From NCBI GenBank assembly GCA_051362555.1, contig CM120643.1, positions 496,001 through 560,000 on the forward strand: 64,000 nt of DNA, given 5' to 3'. The notes beneath the pieces were generated by a model. The model saw nothing but the letters and a program-made list of their open reading frames with translations. It was not told the origin of the DNA and did no database searches. Shown piece after piece: positions 26,562-38,500 of this stretch. Made by a program: the position numbers and the translations under genes. Numbering within the stretch: position 1 is the stretch's first letter; each line of letters begins with the position of its first letter. Source of the DNA: Lingula anatina. Its lineage: Eukaryota; Animalia; Brachiopoda.

Positions 26562-29060
26562 AGCAAATCTGTAAACCGGTCGACCAGGTTAAGCCCAGCT
26601 GCAGCGTTCAAAACACGCCTAGCTATAGGTGGATTTTTATTAAAACATTTCTCAGAATTAAGTGTGAAGAAACCAATTTTGTTTATGTCTCAAGCACAGT
26701 TTTATATTTGGGTGAAACGTATTTATACAAATATTTTGTGTATTTTTTTTTCAACGCTGAATCTACAAATGTTTTAATCAACGATCTCTGGCCTTTCATA
26801 ATTTTTCTATTGTATTCATCCTATTGTTTATTATTTTGCATTGTTTATTACATATTTTGTTGTTATTATTTATTTATTAATTTGTAGACAGACTGTGATT
26901 TGTAGATTCAGCGTTTTGTACTCCAATATACAAATTGCGGGTTGAGATATTTCTGAAGGATAAAGATTTCTTGAACAATTTTTCGATATAAAACATTGAT
27001 TTCTGCTTAACAGACTGTTGTTTAAAGTTAGCCTCTGTACTAACAGCATCGTCTGGATACGTCTTCAGCGTGATCATTCACGCACTCCTGTCTGTTATTT
27101 TCTGTGACTTCCCAATATTTCAAAATTTTAACTTTTAATTGCTGTGCTGTGTTTACTTTTTATTTTTCTGGTTAACACTGGACCATTTACGTTGACAATG
27201 GCGCTTATTGTGCCTTTTCCACGTACTGTTGTATTGACCGTTTTCGCCGAAATATCATTATTATCTCGACATAACAGTGCTTTCCGTGTCAATAAGAAAA
27301 TAGAAAATCAACTCGTTTAGTATTTGTCAGCCCTGTATCTGACTAGACCCTGGCTTTCAGAGGTCAATAAGTAAAAATTCGCGTCTATAGTAACAAGGTG
27401 CGTCTGTTATTTGCAGCGACTTGTATAAATACGGGTGCAGCAGGTTCAGTCACCGTCTCTTATTTTTTGTGATTTCTCAGTGCTGAAATATTACGAAAGT
27501 AAGGTGCCTTTTACAAATTTTTATGTTAGTAAACCCGCATTAAAGATGCTTTTTAAATTCGACCAGAAATTCAGTTTTGATAATATTAGCAGGCTGTCCC
27601 GAGTGCTGCGCGTGCACTGATGCTGTTATACTTATAGATTCTTACTTGCAAACAAAAAAACTAAAAAAAAAACGCCACTGAGCAGTGATCATTTGTTAAT
27701 CTGTAAAATATTTATTTCATCACAAAATCAATAAACACAATGGTGTTGCAGTGGCGGATTTAAGGGGGGTTAGGGGGGTCCTGACCCCTCCTCCTTCGAT
27801 TTTTGAAAAATATCACACCAATTTTTAATAGTCCCCTCTTGAAATTAGAATTTTGGCTAGCTGAATCATAGTTCTAAACAGTACTAAATGGAACCGTTTG
27901 CCCTCTAAAATAACAGAAAAGGTGGGGGGATCGGCTTACATATGCAGACCCCCCTCTTCAAATATTCCTGGATTCCCCCCCCCCTCCCCCCGGTTAAAGT
28001 TAACGTATTATTAAGAATTATTAGACATCGTTTTATCATGTGCAAGACAAAAGTTTACTGGACTTGCAAAGTGCAAGACATATGGTCTTCAAGCAATATC
28101 TGGATTTGACCGTTTTTCTTCCTTTAGTAATTTGGGAAGGGTGAGCTAAATGATTTCAGGTGTTACAGTAATAAACTTACATTGTACCATCCAAGACAAT
28201 GTTCTTTGAAAGGTTGTCACTTTACACAATAGTGTTTTAGTATACAACAGTAATAAAAAGAAAAGTTCAAAAAGCATATTATCCAAATTCTACACCATTA
28301 ATGTTTGTATGTACAAATATGTTATATCAAACAGAATCAAATTCTAAAGTCTTATTATCATAATGACTTTTATTATTTTCAGTTGTTTATCCTAATCCTA
28401 ATCAATTTCAGTGTGACTCAAGCAGTGTTGTAAAGTGCTGCAGTACTGACAGGGCATCACAAAGTTGTAGGGGGAGTGCATCAATCTCATATCCATCTGA
28501 GAGTTCAGTGTAGTTTAAATGCTATAGCAATCTTAATTCCTTTTCCTTAGCATTCTTTGTGTTTCTTCCCAAATATGAGTAGTATTGAACATGCCTCTAG
28601 ATTTGGGGACTTTGCTAGTTTGTGACAAAATACCTTTTGATCTCTTTAATCCATCAAGCCAAAGAAAATCATTCATTAAAATCAGATGAGTGGAGATGCT
28701 ATTCTACATGTTGATAATGCTGCAGTTAACCCTAATTGTATATAATATAGTAACTGACAGTCAATATTAAAATGACAGATAAATAAAGTTAACATATTAT
28801 ACATAATTATTAGACATCATTTTATCATGTGCAAAAAAAAAAAAAAATTACTGGACTTGCATAGTTCAAGACATATGGTCTTCAAGCAATATCTGAATTT
28901 GACAGTTTTCCCCCTTTTCTAATTTTGGAAGGGGCCCCAAATAATTTCAGGTGTTACAGTAATAAACTACCCATCAAAGGCACAACTAAGACATTTTCAG
29001 CACACATGGAAAACAAAACTGAATCCACTTTGTGATATGTGATTAAATAAGCAACCCCCC

Positions 29061-29094
<34 letters not shown>

Positions 29095-29508
29095 TAGGTC
29101 TAATGAGCGCAAAATAATCCAAACCAACCAACATCAAAACAAGCAATTTCCTCCCCTATGCCTACATACATACTACGATAATAGCCAGGGCTGCCCTTCC
29201 CCCTCCCCCAGCTTCCCCCTATATAGCTGCAGTTTAAGCACCCAGAATACACACAAGCTAGGGCAGACTTAGCTGATCCTTTGACATTATCTTGGACCAG
29301 ATACAGTACAGTGTGATAGGTACAAGATATCATGGTCTAATTATAAACTCAAATGATTCCCTATGCCAATATTTTCATGTTCCCAGCTAAATGTCTACAT
29401 AGCTTTATTTTTTGTTTGTATGTAAAATCTTACACTATACATGACCTAAAACCAAAATTATATACTAGAATAAAAAGATACATTATATGTGCACTCAATT
29501 AATTAGGG

Positions 29509-30057
29509 AAAAACAAACTTACATGTAATTATATATGGTACATGTATCTCACTTCCCCTAATCCTTCCAAAAAACAAACTTACATTTAATTATATATAGT
29601 ACATGTATCTCACTTCCCCTAATCCTTCCAAAAAACAAACTTACATGTAATTATATATGGTACATGTACCTCACTTCCCCTAATCCTTCCAAAAAACAAA
29701 CTTACATGTAATTATATATAGTACATGTATCTCACTTCCCCTAATCCTTCCAAAAAACAAACTTACATGTAATTATATATGGTACATGTACCTCACTTCC
29801 CCTAATCCTTCCAAAAAACAAACTTACATGTAATTATATATGGTATATGTACCTCACTTCCCCTAATCCTTCCAAAAAACAAACTTACATGTAATTATAT
29901 ATGGTATATGTATCTCACTTCCCCTAATCCTTCCAAAAAACAAACTTACATGTAATTATATATAGTACATGTACCTCACTTCCCCCAATCCTTCCAAAAA
30001 CAAACTTACATGTAATTATGTATGGTACATGTACTTCACTTCCCCCAATCCTTCAAA
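29509..30057. repeat. 61-bp minisatellite, about 9 copies
   Basis: aaaaaacaaacttacatgtaattatatatggtacatgtatctcacttcccctaatccttcc repeated head-to-tail with no spacers. Confidence 0.95.
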
Positions 30058-30343
30058 AAATCCAATCTAACTAAAATATTATCTTAAATTTAAATGAAAT
30101 AGCAAGAATGCTCATTTTGGACCCTATAGCTACTACAGTACATTGTAGGTTAATAACTTATATTGTCCCTTTATAACAATAATAAGAAGTAAATCCTGCA
30201 AACCAGCTGCAAACCACCCCCTCAAAAAAAAAAAAAATAATAATAATAATGATAATAATAATAATAATAAAAACTCCAACTCCACTGTATACTTGGCACT
30301 ACCCACCTAGTTATCTGTAATAATTCTGATTATAGAACAGGTG

Positions 30344-30580
30344 GCATACGAGGGTATACAGGGAATACCCCCCCCCCCCCCCCCCCCCCCCATTAAACAC
30401 CAATCACCAAGATTAAAATAGCTCAATCACCAATCACCAAGATATATTCAGGCCAATCACCAATCACCAAAAATTCTTGAATCTTATACCACACATAATA
30501 TTGGGCTCAAATAACTTATCACACTAAAAAAATAAGTCCAATCACACAGAATGCAAAAGGTATTCCCTACCCTCGCATAC
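30344..30580. mobile_element. Small MITE-like element with AATCACC subrepeats
   Basis: gcatacgagggta..gggaatacc versus ggtattccctaccctcgcatac (inverted). Confidence 0.55.
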
Positions 30581-30635
30581 TGCTTACTAGCATGCTTACT
30601 AACTGAAATTATACATATCTTATTTTTTATATATA

Positions 30636-30701
30636 CAGATGCTGATGTTAGAAGAATGTGGTTCACTTATTATATACACATTCTTCTAACATCAGCATCT
30701 G
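30636..30701. repeat. Perfect 25-bp inverted repeat with 16-nt loop
   Basis: cagatgctgatgttagaagaatgtg / cacattcttctaacatcagcatctg. Confidence 0.9.
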
Positions 30702-32205
30702 CCATACACTGCATTATAATCTTAAATGTGATCCCTCTATAATTTAAAAATTCGTTTTAGATTTGTAAAGAACAACAACCAAAATCCTTTTAAACTACAG
30801 CCTTAATCAGTTCCTTTCAAGTTACCACATTTCATTTTTAAAACAATGAACTATGTTCTATGAAAAATTGTCACTTTGCATAACGTGCATGTGTTACGCT
30901 GGTGTTTGTATTTGCAGAGGGTGCTCACTGCAATCGATGGAAGTCTTACATTTCAAATCTTACTTAATTGCCATAGAGCCTGCTTACTCTTAATCAATAT
31001 ATTGAAACAAATAATGCTTATTTAAGTAACTATACATTATTAAGCATTACCATATACTCTAGAAATCTTTTCATCACATTTTCCTGTAATTGATGTAAAA
31101 CTAGCAGCATATATTAACAGCATAAGAAATAGACACAATTACTTGATTTTTCTAAATTAAAAAATGCATGCACATTGATCTGCAAGGATACCTCTTCTTA
31201 TCCCTGCAAAGCACATTTGCTGCAATTTATCTAAATTTTCTAATATTTCACAGCTTACATTTTCTACTAGCTACCAGCAAAATACCTGCATATTATATTG
31301 TTTGCATGAATATGCACATCAAATTTCTTTTCTCATAACAGTGGCAAAATTCTGTGATAAAATGTATCAAAAGAAATCAATCTACATACAAATGCCAACT
31401 GTCATGCTTTCTTTCAAAAGATGTTTTAACTGACTTTCCTCTACAATATAATGTGGTTTCTAGAACTTTGATGAATTTCAAAATTGAAAAAAGGAAAAAT
31501 TATTTAGAAACAAATTCTGAATAAAAAAATAATAACATGCATATTGTCTTCTAATGGCATTGTTCTTTTACTGCTCTGTACATCACCTGGTCTGGTTTCA
31601 GATGTGACTGATGCAAAGTGGAAATATACTGTACCCAGCCTATATATATATATACAGTATACAACAGTAATAAAAAGTTCAAAAAGCATATTATATATAT
31701 ACACCATGAGTGTATGTATGTACAAATATTTTATATCACTTAAATTGCCACCTTATCAGCAAAAAGATACCTAAGACTACAACTACATGTACGTATGTTC
31801 ACTCTTTTTGACACTGTATATATACAAACTAAGACTCACTTCAAACTCCAATAAAAATCTATATACATTTTTTCAGTATACTAAAACATGTATTTGGCAT
31901 TAAAAGCAAAAAGGAAATTAAATGTGATTTACAATGAAGATGTTTTTATCCAACTTTTCAATAAAGAAAAAAATGTTTCTGTCATAGGAATTGTTCTGTA
32001 TATATACCTGTAGCGCAATATGAAACCTATCCAAAGTACACAATTCAAAATTAGTTTCATTTTCCCCCAAGACAATAATTCTCAACACACCCATGTTCAT
32101 CATGTTGAAGCAATCCTGTAACTTGACAGTAAAATATCCTGCAAAGCAAATGTTCTCAAAGTAAAAGAAATTTGCATTGATTAGTAACATAAAAAGAGAA
32201 GAAAT

Positions 32206-32523
32206 TTACATTGTTCTGTCCATTGGCACGCCTTTCTCTGTCAACAATGTCTTGATCTCAGTCAGCAGTTGGCTGGTGATGTCCACAGCTTTTGTTGCTG
32301 TGTCCATGTTGTAGACCTCATGTGGTAGACCATGACACCTGTCTGGATAGTGCATGGCAGTGGAATGTGTAAGCAGGGACTGGAGTCGTCTGGACCGCTG
32401 TGAAATAGTTGAGCAATTGTCTGCAAGGTTAAGAGTGTCAGCCATTATAGGCAGGTCGTGACTGTTGTTTTTCAGATTGGCATCGATGGCAAACTGTGCA
32501 GCCTTCAGTGCTTTTTCTGCTGA
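32206..32523 (-). CDS. SACS: Sacsin-like copy B terminal exon 7 (HEPN domain)
   Basis: tttcag|TCA GCA GAA AAA; [29 protein letters not shown]...HYPD...PMDRTM*, 318 nt. Confidence 0.88.
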   Translation of the reverse strand, partial: SAEKALKAAQFAIDANLKNNSHDLPIMADTLNLADNCSTISQRSRRLQSLLTHSTAMHYPDRCHGLPHEVYNMDTATKAVDITSQLLTEIKTLLTEKGVPMDRTM

Positions 32524-35500
32524 CTGAAATTGTAATATACATATGTGATATAGATAAACTAATTGTATATTTATAATGTTTTAATTTTAAAAAATTGTAA
32601 ATACTGTTTAGTTTTAACTGTAGAAAATGAGTAGATTGACAGATCATAAACAAGAAGTGAGTAGATTGACAGAATTTTTGAAAAATTGGGATTACACTCA
32701 AAAATTAAAGGAACTTATGAAATCTAATAATATATCGTATCAAATTTAATTCAGTTTAAAAAATGAAACTGCAATTTAGGTATTACATATATATTATAAT
32801 GATCTAATGAAACTGAACCAAGATTGAACCAGCATTATATCTAACCTGATGGCATTTGAAGCAAGCCCACTCATAGCTCTGGAATGGCTCTCTGGTGTCA
32901 TTGGAGACTGCTTTGAAATCCCACTGGGCCTGGCGGAACCATCTGGAAGCCTCGTAGGGTTGGGGATTCTTACGAGTTTCCCAGAATCCACCATACGTCC
33001 TGCTGTCACTACCATGACTCCCGCTGGAATAATACCTGTCATGGCATTCTCTCTCCTGTCTGGCACGTTGCCCCATTCTGGTGAAAAATTGCTCAAATAC
33101 ATCTTCATATGTAGTGTGTGACTGGGTACCAGTACCATGAGTAGAATATGACCTACCAGTACTACGTGTACTATGTGACCATATAGGACCAGAAGATGCA
33201 GCAGTTGTCTCAGTTGAGGATGAAGACGTTTCTTGCGAACCTCGTTCAAGTCTAGTTATTTCAGTCTGTATGAATTTGCATGCTTCATTGCAAATATCTT
33301 CTTGGCCAAGGTTTTTGTCTGGGTGATATTTTCGGAGGAGTCTCTTGATGACTTTTTTCCTCTCATTTTCATCAAGTTTCCACGCAGCCTACAGTGTTTT
33401 TGTGATATCTTCCTTAATGTCCTCCAGACATGTTGGAGTGAAGTCATCCTCAGTTGGAGTTTTATCATAAAGAACAACATCCTTTGAGTCATCTTTTGGT
33501 GTGCGTTTAAATTTGTACAAGTCATTTGCCGTCACAACAAGGACATCCTCTTCTTCACTCCCAATTCTTATTTTGTATCTTCTTAGCACATCTGAGGTTT
33601 GAGAGTCAACATCTTCCTTGATCTCTTCTAGGACAATGGCATATATGTATGTTGGAAGACCCTCACGACTCTTCAACAATGGATCCTCTACTTCATAGCC
33701 TACGTATTCACCGCATTCAAAGTGGTGAAAATTCTCAGAAAGCAGATGCTGGTCTTCTATGTGAAGGTAAGTCCCAGGGATGGGGAGAACACTGGTATCT
33801 GAGCAGTAATCATCTGGGGGAATGCCCTGATCATCCAAACATCTCGAAATCTCTTGTAAAGCAACTTTTTCATCTAGGATGCTGCACAGGTGATGGAGGA
33901 AAGTTGACAGCCTCCCTTTAGATAAACTGTTCAAGATTTCGACAAACCTGAGTGAAAAGTTGCTCATTTGAAAATTGCTTTTTAAATAAAAACAATGTGA
34001 CTGTTGTCCACAATGGGCTTTTTGATAGAAGCATGACTGTGTTCTCTCACTTCCAGACAAAACCTCTCCCTTGTATTCTAAAACAGTGGTCAGTTCTGTT
34101 GCAAAGTGAAGTTTGATGTTTTTAATGTTTTCTTGTAGCTCAGCACTATCCTGCTGACTGACAGTGAAGCCTTGGGTTTTACCAGCATGACGAAAGAGAC
34201 GCATCACTGCCTGATAAAAAAAATCTGATTTTATCTTCCATTTCACAGGATGCTCTTGAAGAATGTTGATACTTGGTTCAGAGTGAAGTTTCTCTTTAAC
34301 AACATCAGTCAGATATCTAAGGCGCAAACATTCTGGCAAAAATTCAGCAACATCGCTGTACGATGGGACATCGGGTCCAATTTCTTCCTTAGAAGGACGA
34401 GCAAGCATGGGTTCTTCCAATGGAAATTTCTGTAGTCGGTCAAAATGGGACATGTTATCAATAAAGATAATGTCCTTGGATTGCCTTAGTTCCCCAGCTG
34501 AAGTGAGCAAGTATAACAGTTTTACCTGCTCTGGCCATTCCTCCCCACTGCGAAGCTTTTTAAACAAAAACCCCATTGCTTTCAAAACTTTTTTCTTTTC
34601 ATTTGGTTCCAGTTTCTTCCCTTCAGTATCTTTATGAATCATTTCCAAGACAGTGGCATACTGACAGCAGGAGGGTCTATCTGTGCTGCCTATCAGCTTG
34701 AAGAGCTCTTTACACCTTGTGAAATGTGAAGGCACAGCAAAAAGATAAGGCTTTATTTCTTCTTCTTCTTCCACACACGAGGTAGCAACTTGACTCGGAT
34801 AAACAAACCTCTTTCCATCCTCAAGATCTACTAAAACGCAGGCCAAGTGTTGCAGCTGATGAGTCCAATATGGATGTTCTTTGTCTTTGTTTTGATATCT
34901 TTCCAAGTGCTGATATATTTGCCCCATTATTTCAGAGAGTAATTCAGATTGTTCTGCTGTTAAAAGTTCAACTCTCTCTTCCAAATTATGGCACACATTG
35001 CAACAGTGGTCTATCACCTGTTCCAAAGAGGGGATTTCTTTCACTCCAAGTATTTCACACAATTTTCTGTCCCTTGGTTCTGCCCACTGTTCCAAGAATG
35101 ATACACTTGTCCATGACAAATGTTCATGTTCCTGCTTGTATAAGACAGCACCATTGAAGCAGATGAAAGGCCTCAATGTTTCTCCATCCATATTGCCACA
35201 AGGGCACAGACTCTGAAGGTTGCTTGAAGCAACACGTTGGGGTAGAAAGGCCACATCTTTTATAATGCGCAATAAATGACCATCATTAAATACATTCTCC
35301 CTTGATAAAAGATGTGTAACTACTACACGTGCCTGATTTTCTCTCTTTTGGAGTGCCGTCTTATTTCTACTTTTGTGTGCAAGAATAGCCCCCCTTTCAA
35401 TGGCTTTGGCAAATTCAATTAGCTTCTCTGAAGTGACTTGTTGCTGTAAACCTGTCTCACGCATCAAACACAAAATTGCTAGAGATCTAAAAGGCTCCGA

Positions 35501-38500
35501 TGGAAAATCTTCTTCTGTAAGCATAACTTCAAAAACTTCATTGTGAGGATCATAAAAAGCTGATGCAGTTGACAGGGTGCCAGGAATTCCACTTCGTCTA
35601 TCAGGTAGGAACTTCACATGAGAAAGTTTATCAATCAATCTCCTCAAATCACCTTGGCAAATTCTGTGGCGTAATTTGACTGATATAAACTCTAAGTGCT
35701 TAATCCTTTTTTCTTCTGAGAGACTTTCAAACCTTGGTAATATAAACTTGCAGTACATATCACACTCAGAGAGTACTTGACAACCCAACGATGTGTAGAG
35801 TGGCTCTAACATCCCATTGGGTTTCAAGAAGGCCAAATGTTGACCACCTCCTTCCAATAGCTGCATGCCATCTAAAGGGATAGAGCTCGGTGCAATGTAA
35901 GTATCTTTTCCTTCAATGCTGACAATCTCCTCTTTTGCAGATAAGAAAAAAGGAAAACTGCACAATTTCCATTTCAATTCAGGATTGCTTTCCAGCACAT
36001 GAAGATACTGACAAAAATATCCCAAAATATCATGACATTCCGATACATTCAGTCTGCCTGCTAGCTTGTGTTGTTTGGCTACTCCTTCTAAGGCGATGAT
36101 CATGGAACTTGGATCTCTAGGGTGGCCAATTATAGCACGTATGGTCTCACCAGAACCTTGTAGTGCAGTCTTTTCAGAGGGTTGTTGTAGTATATCATAG
36201 GCTAGCTGTGGAACACCCAACTTTTGTAAGATACCTAAAACCTCAGTTTTGAGGAAGTGATGGAAGAAATCCCGGTTGTCCATAACTTCACGGGTTCGTG
36301 AAACCTGAAGCAAACATGTTGATTGCCCTACAGTTACTGGCAAGAGGCACCAATGGGAAAGTGGCTTCAATAAAGATATAATTTTGTTGCCGTCAGAAAC
36401 TGCATCAACCTCCGAGTGAAGGTATGTCCACAGTAATTGGATCCACTCTTTTGACGGAGTCTTCAAATCCCAATGGATTACACCTCCATTTTGTAGCACT
36501 TCTGGTAAGGCAAATGGTAGCCTTTCTGCAAGATCTGATACCTTGAATTTTTTGAAAATTGACCTTTCTTGGTCTGTACAAAAAAATGTACGTTCCAAGA
36601 ACCTATGGCAAAAAGATGCAGCATACAAAGTCAGCAAGTCCCAGAAAGGTGAACAGAAGACGGGTGTTCTGGAACTAAACATCCTCAGCTTGTTGTCCTC
36701 AGTTACAAGCAATGGACAACCCTCAAGTAGCTGCACAAAATTGCCAGATTTCTTGCAAAACTGTAACATAGTGCGAAGGTCGTCTACATTTTCAAAGATG
36801 GTTTTTCCAATGTCTTCAGGAAGATCTGAGCATGAAATAAAACACAGCCTGTCAGGTCTTTGGTAGGTTTGAAAGAAACAAAGCACAGCTTCTGGACTAA
36901 CAGTTTTCACCTGGATGTCTGCTTCCCGATAATTTGTATATATTGACATTGGGCAACATAAAAGATTGAAATTGCTTTCACATAAAATCCTTCTAACAAT
37001 CTCTCTGGAGGATGGTTCTTTGAAGCTTGACCCTGGTTCCTGAATCTGGGTATCTAAGTCATCAAAGAATACTCCCTCTGTAGGTGTAAACCATGCAACT
37101 TTAAATCCCGTCTCACTCAGTCTTGCATGTCGCAAAAGTGGAAGAACCCTCAGATTAAGTTCGCTGGTCAACTGGTATACCTTTTTAGACAGATAATGTA
37201 TGTAATTCTCCTGATGCTGGATATGAGGAAAGAGCTGACAATACTGGCTCAAAGATTTTCTTATCTGGGTCTCATCACTTCCAGAGATCTCTTCCATAAT
37301 AATATTCTTTTTTTGCTGAAGCATATTGGTGTAGCAAGGGGCAATTGTTTGCTCTATTAATGTGTTGTTCCACTCAGTTTTCACATCAGTATTTTCAGTG
37401 TTCATCCAAAGGTTTCTCCTGGCTTCATGATCCAGTGCAAAGTGACCATTGATATGAACAGGTAGGTTTGTTTTCAGTGGGAGCGGCAGGAAGCAAAATA
37501 CCCTGCTTTTTTTGAGGCTAAATCTCTCCATCGGTAATCTGTCAGCTTGAAGCATATGTGCTACCCCTCCACGTGGCAGAAGCCCCAACTCTCTGTCCTG
37601 GAGGGCTTTCTTTAAAGTTGTAGGTATTGAGCTTGGATTGCTGAAGCCAAACTGTTGGGTGATAAGCCATGTTTCTAATCGGCCTTTGTTGTCTTTTAAG
37701 GACATGGTGAAAGAAACATTTATGGGACGTAACTGGTCCACTGTAAGTTCTTGTGTTTTCAGTCTCTCTGAGCTGTTCACCACTTCCTGTAGAAAGGACT
37801 GTTGTGCCTGTGTATCTTCAGCACTGAGATGGGCCTCAACACTGTATGTGTTCTGCAGCTTTCCAGTGAACATGTTTATTTCTGAGACACTTATTTTCCT
37901 TATGTTATTGAGAAACAGCATCATCAGAAATAAATCACCCCTAAATGTTTCCATGAGGGACTGCATTTCTGGAATGGTAACAGGTCTTGGTTTTATCTTA
38001 GACTGTCTGGCCATGTTTTCATTCCTGAGTGGCAATCGGAACAAGGTAGCTTCCTCCATTGGAAAAGATTCTTTCATGTCATCCAAGTAGCTTGCAAATA
38101 CATCTGGGAAAGCCTTCCTCAACTTTGGAATGTCATTATAACACCTTCCAGGCTCTGCAATAGAAGCACCTGGCACATAAATACAATGTGGATCAAAGAT
38201 ACACAATGTTTCTCCAATTTCCTGTCCTTTGGTTAAGAAAGATGGGGCATCTGTGAGATGATATACAGCATTGAAACCGACCCCATACTGCCCTGTTTTG
38301 TTTGGATCTTCACTCTTGCTTCCCTCACCTAAGTTGCTTATACCCTCTATGTCTGCTTGAGTAAATGGACTATTGTTGTAAACGCACAAAGCTGGTCCCT
38401 GCAATGGCTTCCAACAATCCTCAAATATAAGCTTGGTGGAATGGTTTCTGGGATCTAAAACAAAGTGAACTTCAGTTGCCTTTGCATCATCTGCATTTTG

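Noticed and set aside
26118-26777. Cys/Val- and His/Thr-rich ORFs
   Set aside because: Translations of a (CA)n microsatellite.
27749-27990. CAGTGGCGGATT...CTGGATTCCCC MITE-like segment
   Set aside because: Ends are too degenerate to define TIR or TSD confidently; at most a common decayed MITE.
29509-30057. CRISPR-like regular repeat
   Set aside because: Units are contiguous with no unique spacers, there are no cas genes, and the context is eukaryotic; it is a minisatellite.
33389-33391. Selenocysteine or variant genetic code
   Set aside because: The codon is TAG, not TGA, it is the only internal stop in about 4450 codons, and it aligns with an expected Glu.
32794-33525. Frameshift or separate gene explaining the sacsin C-terminus (ORFs 33256..33525 and 32794..33249)
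   Set aside because: The J-domain and HEPN are in the same frame as the main ORF; only one stop intervenes, so no frameshift is needed.
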